Shown here in pieces: positions 48,690 to 56,920 of a DNA stretch of 64,000 nucleotides. The stretch covers positions 1 to 64,000 of the IMG/VR virus record IMGVR_UViG_3300047564_006544, one strand, 5' to 3'. The notes below the pieces were generated by a model. That model saw nothing but the letters and a program-made list of their open reading frames with translations. It was not told where the DNA came from and made no database searches. A program made the position numbers and the translations under genes. The DNA comes from a virus. Numbering within the stretch: position 1 is the stretch's first letter; every line of letters starts with the position of its first letter.

Positions 48690-49765
48690 TATACCTTCCT
48701 TGTTCCAAAAGCATGAGACTCAAGGAGTCCAGCGTGGGTTATTCTTATAAACTTAGAGTTTCTTCTAAGCTCTTCAAGACTTGTTGCATTAGCATAAGTC
48801 ATTCCAGATCTTAGACCTCCAGCAAATTCTTCTAGTATTGGAGTTACTGATCCTTTTGCTGGAATTCTAGTGGATACTCCTTCTGCACAGGTTAATGGCT
48901 TTAAGCCTCCTCGATGATCTCTCTGAACTTCTGCTGATGCCATGCCTCGATAGACCTTGTATGTTATGCCGGCATTTTCATCGTGGATGGAGGCTCCCGG
49001 TGTCTCGTCGGTAGCAGCAAAAAGACTTCCGCACATTACAGCGTCAGCACCAGCAGCAATTGACTTAACAACATCCGATGGATAGCGAATACCACCATCT
49101 GCTATAATTGCTATTTTTCTGTGGTTATAAACTGCATTTCTCATATATAGGCACTGCATTATAGAATGAAGAAGTGGTACACCAAATCCTGTCTGAATTC
49201 TGGTAGAGCAGATACTTCCTGATCCTATGCCGACTCTTACTGCATTTACCATTCCTGTGGTTGCAAGAAAATGAAAGCCCTCTCCTGTTGCAACATTTCC
49301 TGCGATTATATTCACATCTGGTGCAATATCCTTTATTTTTCCAAGCCCATCTGCCATATAAGATGAATGACCATTTGCAACATCAACAAGAACTGCATCA
49401 AGCGGAACAGATGCCCAAAGCTCTTTAAATCTTGCTACCTCATCTTTTCCAAGTCCAACTGCAGCAACCTTTGGAATCTCTCTTTTGTTCGCATCTTCTG
49501 CTCTTACAATAGAGCGAATATTATCGATTTGCTCTGAAGTTGACATAAACCGATGAATAACTCCCATTCCGCCTGCAAGGCCAATTGCTATTGCCATAGC
49601 AGATTCAGTCACAGTATCCATTGGAGAAGAAATCATTGGTAGTGACATCTTTACTCCAGCAATCTCGGTATCAAGATTTGGAATAGATCTCGATCTTACT
49701 TCTGTAAATGTTGGTACCAAAAGTACATCATCAAATGCTAGAGCTTCAGTAATATTCATAGTCAT
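48689..49765 (-). CDS. guaB: IMP dehydrogenase / GMP reductase family (no CBS domain)
   Basis: FDDVLLVP, SSPMDTVTE, VDVANGHS, AGNVAT, RVGIGSGSICSTR, IIADGGI, YRGMAS, AEGV. Confidence 0.9.
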   Translation of the reverse strand: MTMNITEALAFDDVLLVPTFTEVRSRSIPNLDTEIAGVKMSLPMISSPMDTVTESAMAIAIGLAGGMGVIHRFMSTSEQIDNIRSIVRAEDANKREIPKVAAVGLGKDEVARFKELWASVPLDAVLVDVANGHSSYMADGLGKIKDIAPDVNIIAGNVATGEGFHFLATTGMVNAVRVGIGSGSICSTRIQTGFGVPLLHSIMQCLYMRNAVYNHRKIAIIADGGIRYPSDVVKSIAAGADAVMCGSLFAATDETPGASIHDENAGITYKVYRGMASAEVQRDHRGGLKPLTCAEGVSTRIPAKGSVTPILEEFAGGLRSGMTYANATSLEELRRNSKFIRITHAGLLESHAFGTRKV

Positions 49766-50309
49766 TAAACTCCTTTAGGGAAAATTGTATTTCTTGAGCA
49801 AATTCTTCAGATGTCATATTGGTATATTCTTCAAGACAATAATAAGAATACCAATGATGGGCAACCTCATGGGTTATTATCTGAAAGTTTATAAATGGAG
49901 AATTTTTTGTTAAAACAATTGAATCAACTCCACTATCCGAAGGCCTAGGATCAAAATAACCTAACATATCTTCTTGTAGTGGAAGTTCCGCTGGAACAAG
50001 ATTATCTCTGCTTATTTGGTTAAAGCCAACCTCAAAAAATTCTATTTTTTGATTTATTCTACACGGTGTTATATTTGAATTTATTTCTTTTATTTTTTTC
50101 AAGCTAGCAATAGAGGATACTAATATTCCTCTTTTTGTTAGGGAAACAGAATATCCTGTTTTTTCTTGTCTACGAAAAGAATATTGTACCGTATTTTTTT
50201 CGCCAATCTTAACTACATCATTTTGAATCCAGTCCTGAAATTTAATCTCATCAACTGGATAATAAGCCAGTGCAGATGATATAAGAAAAGTATATAGCAT
50301 TATTTCCAC
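49746..50309 (-). CDS. Putative secreted zincin metallopeptidase, paralog 2
   Basis: Signal-like N-terminus; GYFDPR, THEVAHHWYS..CL, SEEFA. Confidence 0.65.
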   Translation of the reverse strand: MEIMLYTFLISSALAYYPVDEIKFQDWIQNDVVKIGEKNTVQYSFRRQEKTGYSVSLTKRGILVSSIASLKKIKEINSNITPCRINQKIEFFEVGFNQISRDNLVPAELPLQEDMLGYFDPRPSDSGVDSIVLTKNSPFINFQIITHEVAHHWYSYYCLEEYTNMTSEEFAQEIQFSLKEFNDYEYY

Positions 50310-50848
50310 CTTACCTTTTCTTGTATTGCAATTGCAAACTCTTCTGTACTGACTTTTGTAAACCTATCAAGACAGAATTCAGAATACCAATGGTGGGCTA
50401 TTTCATGCACCATAACTCTGTAATTTGATTTATCATTATGTGATGTAATTACTATTGCATTATATCCTGGCTCATTTGCCCTTGGATCAAAGTATCCCCA
50501 AAGTGAGTCACGGCCAGTTTTACCACCACCTATATATTGAGAAGGAAATCTAGATGGATCATTTAACTGATTTTCTGAAATTTCATATATCTCAATAAAA
50601 TCATCTTTTCCACACTTTTTATCAATTGCTCCTAATGACCGGATTTCTTTAAATGAAGCTAATGTAGAAGAATAAATTGCATCATAAATAAGATTATCAT
50701 AATAGCCAGAGTTAGCCTGTCTATATATTTTATACTTAAGATCTATGTTGTGATAAAAGTTATATTCTTCCACCTCTGATTCATTTGGGAAGCTAATTCC
50801 TTCAACCGGTTCATAAGCTAGAGCAAATCCGGCCATTAGAAGAAACAT
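50300..50848 (-). CDS. Putative secreted zincin metallopeptidase, paralog 1
   Basis: MFLLMAGFALA signal-like N-terminus; GYFDPR, VHEIAHHWYS..CL, TEEFA. Confidence 0.65.
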   Translation of the reverse strand: MFLLMAGFALAYEPVEGISFPNESEVEEYNFYHNIDLKYKIYRQANSGYYDNLIYDAIYSSTLASFKEIRSLGAIDKKCGKDDFIEIYEISENQLNDPSRFPSQYIGGGKTGRDSLWGYFDPRANEPGYNAIVITSHNDKSNYRVMVHEIAHHWYSEFCLDRFTKVSTEEFAIAIQEKVRWK

Positions 50849-50851
50849 TTT

Positions 50852-51031
50852 TTACTCCTGGTCTTCTCTCTGTGCTCTAGAATCTCTTGTCTGTGGCTCG
50901 TGTGATTCGGATCGAATCTCTACAACTAGATTGCTATTGCACTGTATCCATCCAATCTCCTCTTTTGTAAGGCCATCGTGATACCATACTGTCTTTGTTT
51001 CTTTGTTAGTTACTCGGATGTTGTATCTCAT
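50852..51031 (-). CDS. Small hypothetical protein (59 aa; absent from the ORF track)
   Basis: AGGAG RBS; MRYNIRVTNKETKTVWYHDGLTKEEIGWIQCN...; fills the gap between neighbours. Confidence 0.7.
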   Translation of the reverse strand: MRYNIRVTNKETKTVWYHDGLTKEEIGWIQCNSNLVVEIRSESHEPQTRDSRAQREDQE

Positions 51032-51756
51032 TTTTCTCCTAAATTACTCATTCTTTTCTGAAGGATTGAATTAACGAAGCTTTCTTTTAGATGCCTGCTT
51101 CCTAGCATCATTGGAATCTTTGATTTATTTACTTTTTTCAATACTGAGTAAAAAACCCATTTAGATCTATCATTAACCATATTTTCTAATGCTGGGTGAT
51201 TATGTGGCAAAACTTGACATATTGCCGCCCTAATCTTTGCTGACTTATCCTTCGACATTTCCTCGGCGCAGGATAGCATCCCCCTTCTATGGTACGCTTC
51301 CATGCGGACCTTATCAGAGGGATCTTTTAAAAATCTTTCTACCTCATCTGAGGAGCAAATCTTTATGTATTCTACCTTTGCCGCAGCATCATAATCTTTA
51401 AAAATAGAGGGGTCTATTTTATCGACGTATAAACCATTTGATATTACTGTTTGTTTATATGGAAAAAGATTGCTTTTCTTATCAGAAGATAAAATCTCAA
51501 CTGCCAACTCTGGATGTAAAGATGCTGCATGAAGCACTACTGCCCTAAAAGCATAAATAGATCCTGTTTTTGCAGAAATAAATCTATAAAAAGATTTTTC
51601 ATTAAAAAGAGTTAGGCTTTCTTCTTTTGATATCTCAAAAGAGTTCCATATAGACCAACCAACCCCAATTGGATACTTAGAGCCTTTTGGGGTTAGATTT
51701 GTTATATACTTTGATATTTTTTCTTTTAGTTTTTTTACACTATCTTCATTGCTCAT
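51028..51756 (-). CDS. HEAT/LRV-repeat-like protein
   Basis: LKDPSDKVRMEA, SKDKSAKIRAAI, VNDRSKWVFYSV repeats. Confidence 0.6.
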   Translation of the reverse strand: MSNEDSVKKLKEKISKYITNLTPKGSKYPIGVGWSIWNSFEISKEESLTLFNEKSFYRFISAKTGSIYAFRAVVLHAASLHPELAVEILSSDKKSNLFPYKQTVISNGLYVDKIDPSIFKDYDAAAKVEYIKICSSDEVERFLKDPSDKVRMEAYHRRGMLSCAEEMSKDKSAKIRAAICQVLPHNHPALENMVNDRSKWVFYSVLKKVNKSKIPMMLGSRHLKESFVNSILQKRMSNLGEK

Positions 51757-52579
51757 TTAGTTCCTTAAGATCTTTAACCTTGAAACCTGAAGCAGCCCTA
51801 TGGCCCCCTCCTCCAAATTTTACCGCAATTGCAGAAACGTCAAAATCTTTTTCTTTTCCACATCTGATAGAGAAAACATAGCCGTCTCCATCAAAATAAT
51901 AGGCCAACCCATATTTGGTGCCTACTTCATCTGCAACTCTATGTGCCAGCTCCGATTGATATAGTGGAGAGTTTACCGCTGGAATTTCCTCTCCAAGAAC
52001 CATTAGAGTATGTCTTTTGGCATAGATTTCTTTTATTTTCTTTTCTCTTTGGCGAAGAAGTGCTGATCCTTCCTCTAGAAACTCTGAAAACTTTTTATCG
52101 TCCATTAGCCTAGAGTTTAACTCTTCCCATAGCCTAAAAGAATAATCATAGCTATCTATTACTGCAAGTATTTCTTTTGCAAATGGCATCTGCCATTTCC
52201 AAAGATCTTGATCTTCTATATACTTTAAAAGTATTGGTGGTTCTTTATTTAGTCCGTTACAATAATACCAAGAAAGTATTGAGCCACAATGAGACATATC
52301 AAAGTGACAAAAGTCAAGATCTTTTAGTGCCTCTTCTGCTGTTTTGTGATGATCTATTACTGTTATAGATTTGTTTTTTTCTTTTAGATTTAGCAGAGTT
52401 TCTTTTGAATATGAAAAATCTGCAATCCAAATATCCTTATCTTCTAGGCCTTCTGGTGGTGGAGAGCCGTGGGAAACCGGAATGTAAGTCATTTCCTCTC
52501 CCCACTTCTTCTCAAAGCACCAACGAGAGCCATAACCATCTGGGCAGTTTTTATGATATAATAAAACTTTGTCTTTCAT
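51746..52579 (-). CDS. DHH/DHHA1 phosphoesterase
   Basis: YHKNCPDG, IADFS, IDHHKT, DQDLW, GGGGHRAASGF. Confidence 0.88.
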   Translation of the reverse strand: MKDKVLLYHKNCPDGYGSRWCFEKKWGEEMTYIPVSHGSPPPEGLEDKDIWIADFSYSKETLLNLKEKNKSITVIDHHKTAEEALKDLDFCHFDMSHCGSILSWYYCNGLNKEPPILLKYIEDQDLWKWQMPFAKEILAVIDSYDYSFRLWEELNSRLMDDKKFSEFLEEGSALLRQREKKIKEIYAKRHTLMVLGEEIPAVNSPLYQSELAHRVADEVGTKYGLAYYFDGDGYVFSIRCGKEKDFDVSAIAVKFGGGGHRAASGFKVKDLKELNEQ

Positions 52580-52586
52580 GTCAAAC

Positions 52587-53660
52587 CTAAATTGTTAATC
52601 CCTCTACAACATCTGTAGACGAAGAGTAATAGATTCTTTCCAACTCTGGGCACTCTACAGACAGCCTTGCTAGTATAAATTTTTTCATTAAATCAATTGA
52701 TTCAAAAGTTAATAAATCGTTTTTGTAAAATAATTTATAAATATTTACTGCTTCTAAGATATCACATTTTGATATAATCAGATGATTTCCGCCAGCAGTA
52801 TTTAGTGCAAAAATTAATCTATCAAGATTTAGATAGTTTACCTTACGACGGCGACCTGTTGTTGTTCCGTATTCTTGACCAGCATCTGCAATACTTAAAA
52901 GCTCTGGGTTATCAAAAAGTGTTTCTGGAAAATCTGGATCTTCTCCAGATCTTGTATCATAAATTTTTGCTACTGCAAAAATGTTTTTAATTTTCTTTGG
53001 TGAAAATCCAATTGAGCAAGCAGCATAAGGAAGTGTTTCGCTACTTGTTACATATGGATAATTTCCCCAATTTATATCAAGAAAGAATCCCTGAGCACCT
53101 TCGCAAAGTATGTTTCCATAAAGCCTTCCATCAAATAGGTGCTTTTTCCAGAAGGAATCTAACGCCGCAACATCTTTAAATTGAATTCCTGTTCTGGCAT
53201 ATTTATCAGAATATGCTGGAGCTATTCCCTTTGATGTTGTTCCGAGTTTTTTTGCAAGATTTTTTCTATCTTCATCTATATGCTCTGCTGTTACGATGTG
53301 TGTAGATGGAGAAATCTTTATAAGGTTTGGATCAAATCCAGATTCTCTTAGATAAGAGAATTCTTCTTTTAATAGCTCTAGATTTACAACGCAACCTGGG
53401 CCAATTAGTGAGGTAACTCCGTGAAATACTCCTGATGGAACCATATGTGTTTTGTATTTCTTACCACCTACAAACACTGTATGACCAGCATTTTGTCCGC
53501 CACCCCAACGTGCAACAAAATTATAGTGCTTATCATCTGCTCCAAAAATCTTTGCTGCTTTTGATTTAAAAGATGATAAGTAGCTTGATACTTTTCCTTT
53601 GCCACCATCACCATAGTCTGCGCCGTACACAACATCAACAGAAATAATTTCGCGGCTCAT
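52587..53660 (-). CDS. purA: Adenylosuccinate synthetase (short type)
   Basis: YGDGGKGK, GGQNAGHT, GTTSKGIAPAY, EGAQG..LD..WG.YPYVTSS, EYGTTTGRRR. Confidence 0.9.
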   Translation of the reverse strand: MSREIISVDVVYGADYGDGGKGKVSSYLSSFKSKAAKIFGADDKHYNFVARWGGGQNAGHTVFVGGKKYKTHMVPSGVFHGVTSLIGPGCVVNLELLKEEFSYLRESGFDPNLIKISPSTHIVTAEHIDEDRKNLAKKLGTTSKGIAPAYSDKYARTGIQFKDVAALDSFWKKHLFDGRLYGNILCEGAQGFFLDINWGNYPYVTSSETLPYAACSIGFSPKKIKNIFAVAKIYDTRSGEDPDFPETLFDNPELLSIADAGQEYGTTTGRRRKVNYLNLDRLIFALNTAGGNHLIISKCDILEAVNIYKLFYKNDLLTFESIDLMKKFILARLSVECPELERIYYSSSTDVVEGLTI

Positions 53661-53688
53661 TTGCCCTCCGCAACAATTATACCGATTG

Positions 53689-53967
53689 CTACTCCGCTGC
53701 CTTGCGACGTGCTTTCTTTTTCTTTCTCATTTTTAAGAGGTACTGAAAATACTTTGCGGCAACAGGATCTTCTTCATATCCGGCATCTTCTGGAACCTCA
53801 TGTCTTTTTTTTACTATAGGAACGGCATTCTCATTGTGATCGTCAGAAAATTCTTTTCCAAAAAATCTATTTGAGACAGCAGAATTTGCTGCATCCATAC
53901 CGGTTCTATTTTCGTATGGTGCTCCCGGTATTGCCATATCATTTAATCCCAAAGCTTTCTTTTTCAT
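53689..53967 (-). CDS. Hypothetical protein (starts MKKKAL)
   Basis: 92 aa, basic C-terminus. Confidence 0.6.
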   Translation of the reverse strand: MKKKALGLNDMAIPGAPYENRTGMDAANSAVSNRFFGKEFSDDHNENAVPIVKKRHEVPEDAGYEEDPVAAKYFQYLLKMRKKKKARRKAAE

Positions 53968-54644
53968 TTTGAGAAAAGTTTTTCTAAGTCCCTTTTCAAA
54001 ACATCTAAGTCTTTGCTTGCCATTTTCTTTGGAAGTTCGTTTGCCTTCTCTTCTTTTGGAAGAAGTGATGCAATACGATAAACATCCTTTACAAAGGATA
54101 CTTCGCCAAGATCATCAAGTTTTGATGCTAGTTTTTTTAACTCTAAATTAGGATCTACCTTTGAATTCACTTTAAAACTTTGCATTGCTCTATCTGCCTC
54201 CGCTTCTGCAAACTCTTCTGATTGTAATTTGCCTGTATCTTTAAATCCTTTCTTATGACCTTTTTCATGAGAAAAAATATGTAACATTGATGATAATAAA
54301 ATAATAATAGTATTTATTTTTGGATTATTTTCTAAATTTGAAAGATCCAAAGAAGAAAGTTCACTTGGATCTATTTTTTGCTTTCTCATTTCATCTTGAA
54401 TTGCTTTTTCTATTGCAGGCAAAACAAGATGTATATCGTCTCTTTTGTCTGGATTTGGATCATTTGTAACATATGCTAGAGCATTTGGATTATCACTTGG
54501 TGGAGAATTTTCTATTATGATTTTATCTACGGCGGGAAGATCAAACTGTGGGTCAAATTTAATCTTTCCGCCACCACCAGATTTTAGCAGCTCTAGAATT
54601 CTGTTTATTTTTGACTGATCTAAAAATCCAGCTCTTTTTATCAT
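53964..54644 (-). CDS. Putative zincin with helical tag (starts MIKRAG)
   Basis: ALAYV, FSHEKGH...SEEFAE; C-terminal LKKLASKLDDLGEVSFVKDVYRIAS, KKMASK. Confidence 0.55.
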   Translation of the reverse strand: MIKRAGFLDQSKINRILELLKSGGGGKIKFDPQFDLPAVDKIIIENSPPSDNPNALAYVTNDPNPDKRDDIHLVLPAIEKAIQDEMRKQKIDPSELSSLDLSNLENNPKINTIIILLSSMLHIFSHEKGHKKGFKDTGKLQSEEFAEAEADRAMQSFKVNSKVDPNLELKKLASKLDDLGEVSFVKDVYRIASLLPKEEKANELPKKMASKDLDVLKRDLEKLFSK

Positions 54645-55429
54645 TTTAAGTAATCTCCTCTCTGCTTTCTTTCGCCTTTACCAAGTCTTGATGGCGTCCA
54701 ATCTTTCTTTACTGTTCCCTCTCTATATTTCTTTAGTTTTTCTGATAGCCATTGTCCTTGAACAGAAATGATATCACAGTATTGCTCGTCTAATATTGTT
54801 ACGAAAAACTGATTTGATCCAAAGCTACGAATCTCCATTATATTTTCTGATTTCTTTGGATTTTTCCATATATGCCTTATATTATTAGAGTTTTTTGCAT
54901 AAAGATCGGCAATATATTTACTAAGCTCAAGTATACCGGCATTTTCAAAAGTTTTTATTATATTTGGTGGAAAGGCCATTGTTTTATAGTCTTGTTTAAA
55001 AATTTTTCTAACTGTAGTATTTACTCTTATTTCTTTTCCGCGAGCAGGATCTGTTATTCCTGTTGAAACTCTTGAGCCAAACTCTGGAGGAGGAGGACCC
55101 TCTTTAATTGATTCTTTTACTGCAATAAGTCTATTTATCGAATCAGCTGCTATACAAATATAATATATTCCAAAAGATTTTGATTTGTATATTATTCCAA
55201 GCTCTCTTTTTTTATTAGAAACTGAACTTGATCCTGGAATAAATGTTTTTACATTTTCAGAATTAGCAACATCACTTCCTATAATATTGTTTAATTCAGC
55301 GTTATTTACATTTCCAAAGTCTTTTGCAAATTTTTCTCTAAAAAACATTCTTGGCCCGGTAGAAATGTGTATTTTTCTTCCTGACTCATCTGAAAAATCT
55401 GTAGGATCTATTGAAGCTAGCTTTTGCAT
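54641..55429 (-). CDS. Hypothetical protein (starts MQKLAS)
   Basis: 262 aa; two related halves each starting with a TD..G+.I.. segment. Confidence 0.65.
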   Translation of the reverse strand: MQKLASIDPTDFSDESGRKIHISTGPRMFFREKFAKDFGNVNNAELNNIIGSDVANSENVKTFIPGSSSVSNKKRELGIIYKSKSFGIYYICIAADSINRLIAVKESIKEGPPPPEFGSRVSTGITDPARGKEIRVNTTVRKIFKQDYKTMAFPPNIIKTFENAGILELSKYIADLYAKNSNNIRHIWKNPKKSENIMEIRSFGSNQFFVTILDEQYCDIISVQGQWLSEKLKKYREGTVKKDWTPSRLGKGERKQRGDYLK

Positions 55430-55439
55430 GGGTAATAAA

Positions 55440-55465
55440 AAAGGCCCCTACTAAGAGGGGCCTTT
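55440..55465 (-). terminator. Intrinsic terminator, directly preceded by CTGCTAAT (55466-55473)
   Basis: AAAGGCCCCT-N6-AGGGGCCTTT with T-run. Confidence 0.75.
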
Positions 55466-55478
55466 ATTAGCAGATCTT

Positions 55479-55739
55479 TTACAGCTCAACCATCATCGCT
55501 ACCAACTTAAGTAGATCGTCCATGCTTTCGATCTTCATTTTCTTTGGTGGCTTCTCGTATCCTAGTCGGATATTCTGAATCTCTGGGATAGAAATAAGAT
55601 TCTTTACTGCTGATTCACGAACACCTTGAATTGCCCCCTCAAAAGAAAAGAGGAATAGATCTCGTGATTCATCTGGAATCTTGAAGTTCACAAAATAGTT
55701 TGTGTGAAGTGGAGAGTTTAGGTAAAGAAAATCAGACAT
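55479..55739 (-). CDS. Hypothetical protein
   Basis: 86 aa, GGAGG RBS. Confidence 0.65.
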   Translation of the reverse strand: MSDFLYLNSPLHTNYFVNFKIPDESRDLFLFSFEGAIQGVRESAVKNLISIPEIQNIRLGYEKPPKKMKIESMDDLLKLVAMMVEL

Positions 55740-56616
55740 TAGCCGCCTCCTGCATACGATTTACGACTACCTCTCTAACCGATTGATCTTGACAAACTGC
55801 CATAAATGGCAGATATTCCTTTGGAACAGTCCTTGCGAGATATAGAGCAGAATTATGATGCTTTGTGTCCATTACCTGACTAAGAACCTCTGCTGCATTT
55901 TTAAACTTTGTGATGTTATCTGCAATTGCCTTGACGCCCATTTCAGATGCCTCTTCCGAAGAATCTGACCGAACCTTTCTTGCAGCCTTCTTTGTTAGGC
56001 AACCTACTGAAGCAAGAGCAGAAAAGATTTCACCACGAAGAGTGTGTGATACGCGAGATCCAAACTCGGTATCTTCTACTGCTTCAATCATACTAGCAGT
56101 AGACCTTCTTGCGATTGCTGGTAGCAGAGCAATATCAAAGAAATTCTTATATGATGCTTTATTTCTGCTATACCGAATCTTAAAAAGACGATCTGGGTCA
56201 GACTTTCCTGCTATAAATCCTGACTCAATAAGGCCAATATATTCTGGAGGAGGCTTTTGCCAATAAGAATTATATGCTCCTTCGGAAACCATCCTGTCTA
56301 GGCGGCTTCCATTGTCTTGAATCCATTTGGCAAAGTTAGGATCTTCATTTAAATTTAGATTGTTGTGAATTGCATAGGAAAAAAGAAAAGATATTGCCTC
56401 TCCCCAAACATCACGATTCAGTGGAACAAAATCTGGATTAAACACTATTTCTCCTGCTGCGCCAGAAGTAATAATGCTTTTAATCATATCTTCAGTGATA
56501 AGATTGCGGTATCCGCTCCTCTTTCGACTAAAGATTTCATAGACAGCATCTAGCAAAAGCTGATTTGCCTTTGCCTTTCCCCATCCATCAGATGTTACTT
56601 CAAGAAGATTAACCAT
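55732..56616 (-). CDS. Helical (HEAT-like) hypothetical protein, probable start MVNLLE
   Basis: C-terminus (VRSDSSEE...KEYLPFMA...VVNRM) resembles the C-terminus of 51028-51756. Confidence 0.6.
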   Translation of the reverse strand: MVNLLEVTSDGWGKAKANQLLLDAVYEIFSRKRSGYRNLITEDMIKSIITSGAAGEIVFNPDFVPLNRDVWGEAISFLFSYAIHNNLNLNEDPNFAKWIQDNGSRLDRMVSEGAYNSYWQKPPPEYIGLIESGFIAGKSDPDRLFKIRYSRNKASYKNFFDIALLPAIARRSTASMIEAVEDTEFGSRVSHTLRGEIFSALASVGCLTKKAARKVRSDSSEEASEMGVKAIADNITKFKNAAEVLSQVMDTKHHNSALYLARTVPKEYLPFMAVCQDQSVREVVVNRMQEAANV

Positions 56617-56842
56617 TTTTGTTTGACTCTCCACCAGACTTGATCCAAGAAATAAGCTCATCTTGGTGATTGTTGATAATTTGAAGCTTTGTCTGATCTG
56701 AAAAGCTCGTCCAAAAGTCTGCCAAATCCTTTAGAGGAAGAGAGCAGAATCCTTTTAGAACACCATTGTCACGGTGAGGAGACTGAGCAAGACCATTGAT
56801 TGCAACTGTAATTAGCTGGTTAAAGATCTCTTCTTTTGTCAT
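56609..56842 (-). CDS. Hypothetical protein
   Basis: 77 aa, AGGAG RBS, first gene after conserved element copy 2. Confidence 0.65.
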   Translation of the reverse strand: MTKEEIFNQLITVAINGLAQSPHRDNGVLKGFCSLPLKDLADFWTSFSDQTKLQIINNHQDELISWIKSGGESNKNG

Positions 56843-56860
56843 TATACACTCCTGCTATAA

Positions 56861-56881
56861 AGCGCAGGGGATACCTGCGCT
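56861..56881 (-). promoter_or_regulatory. Leader hairpin AGCGCAGG-N5-CCTGCGCT
   Basis: Lies between the 35-bp element and the RBS. Confidence 0.55.
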
Positions 56882-56885
56882 AATT

Positions 56886-56920
56886 CCATACCATAGGTCG
56901 GTGCTGTTTTTAGATTTTTT
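56886..56920 (-). promoter_or_regulatory. Conserved 35-bp promoter-like element, copy 2
   Basis: 29/35 identical to 47831-47865. Confidence 0.65.

Noticed and set aside
52587-53660. PurZ (2-aminoadenine Z-genome pathway)
   Set aside because: The catalytic Asp (GDxGKG) and TTGRRR are PurA-type, whereas PurZ has Ser at that position; no dATPase or MazZ neighbour was recognised.
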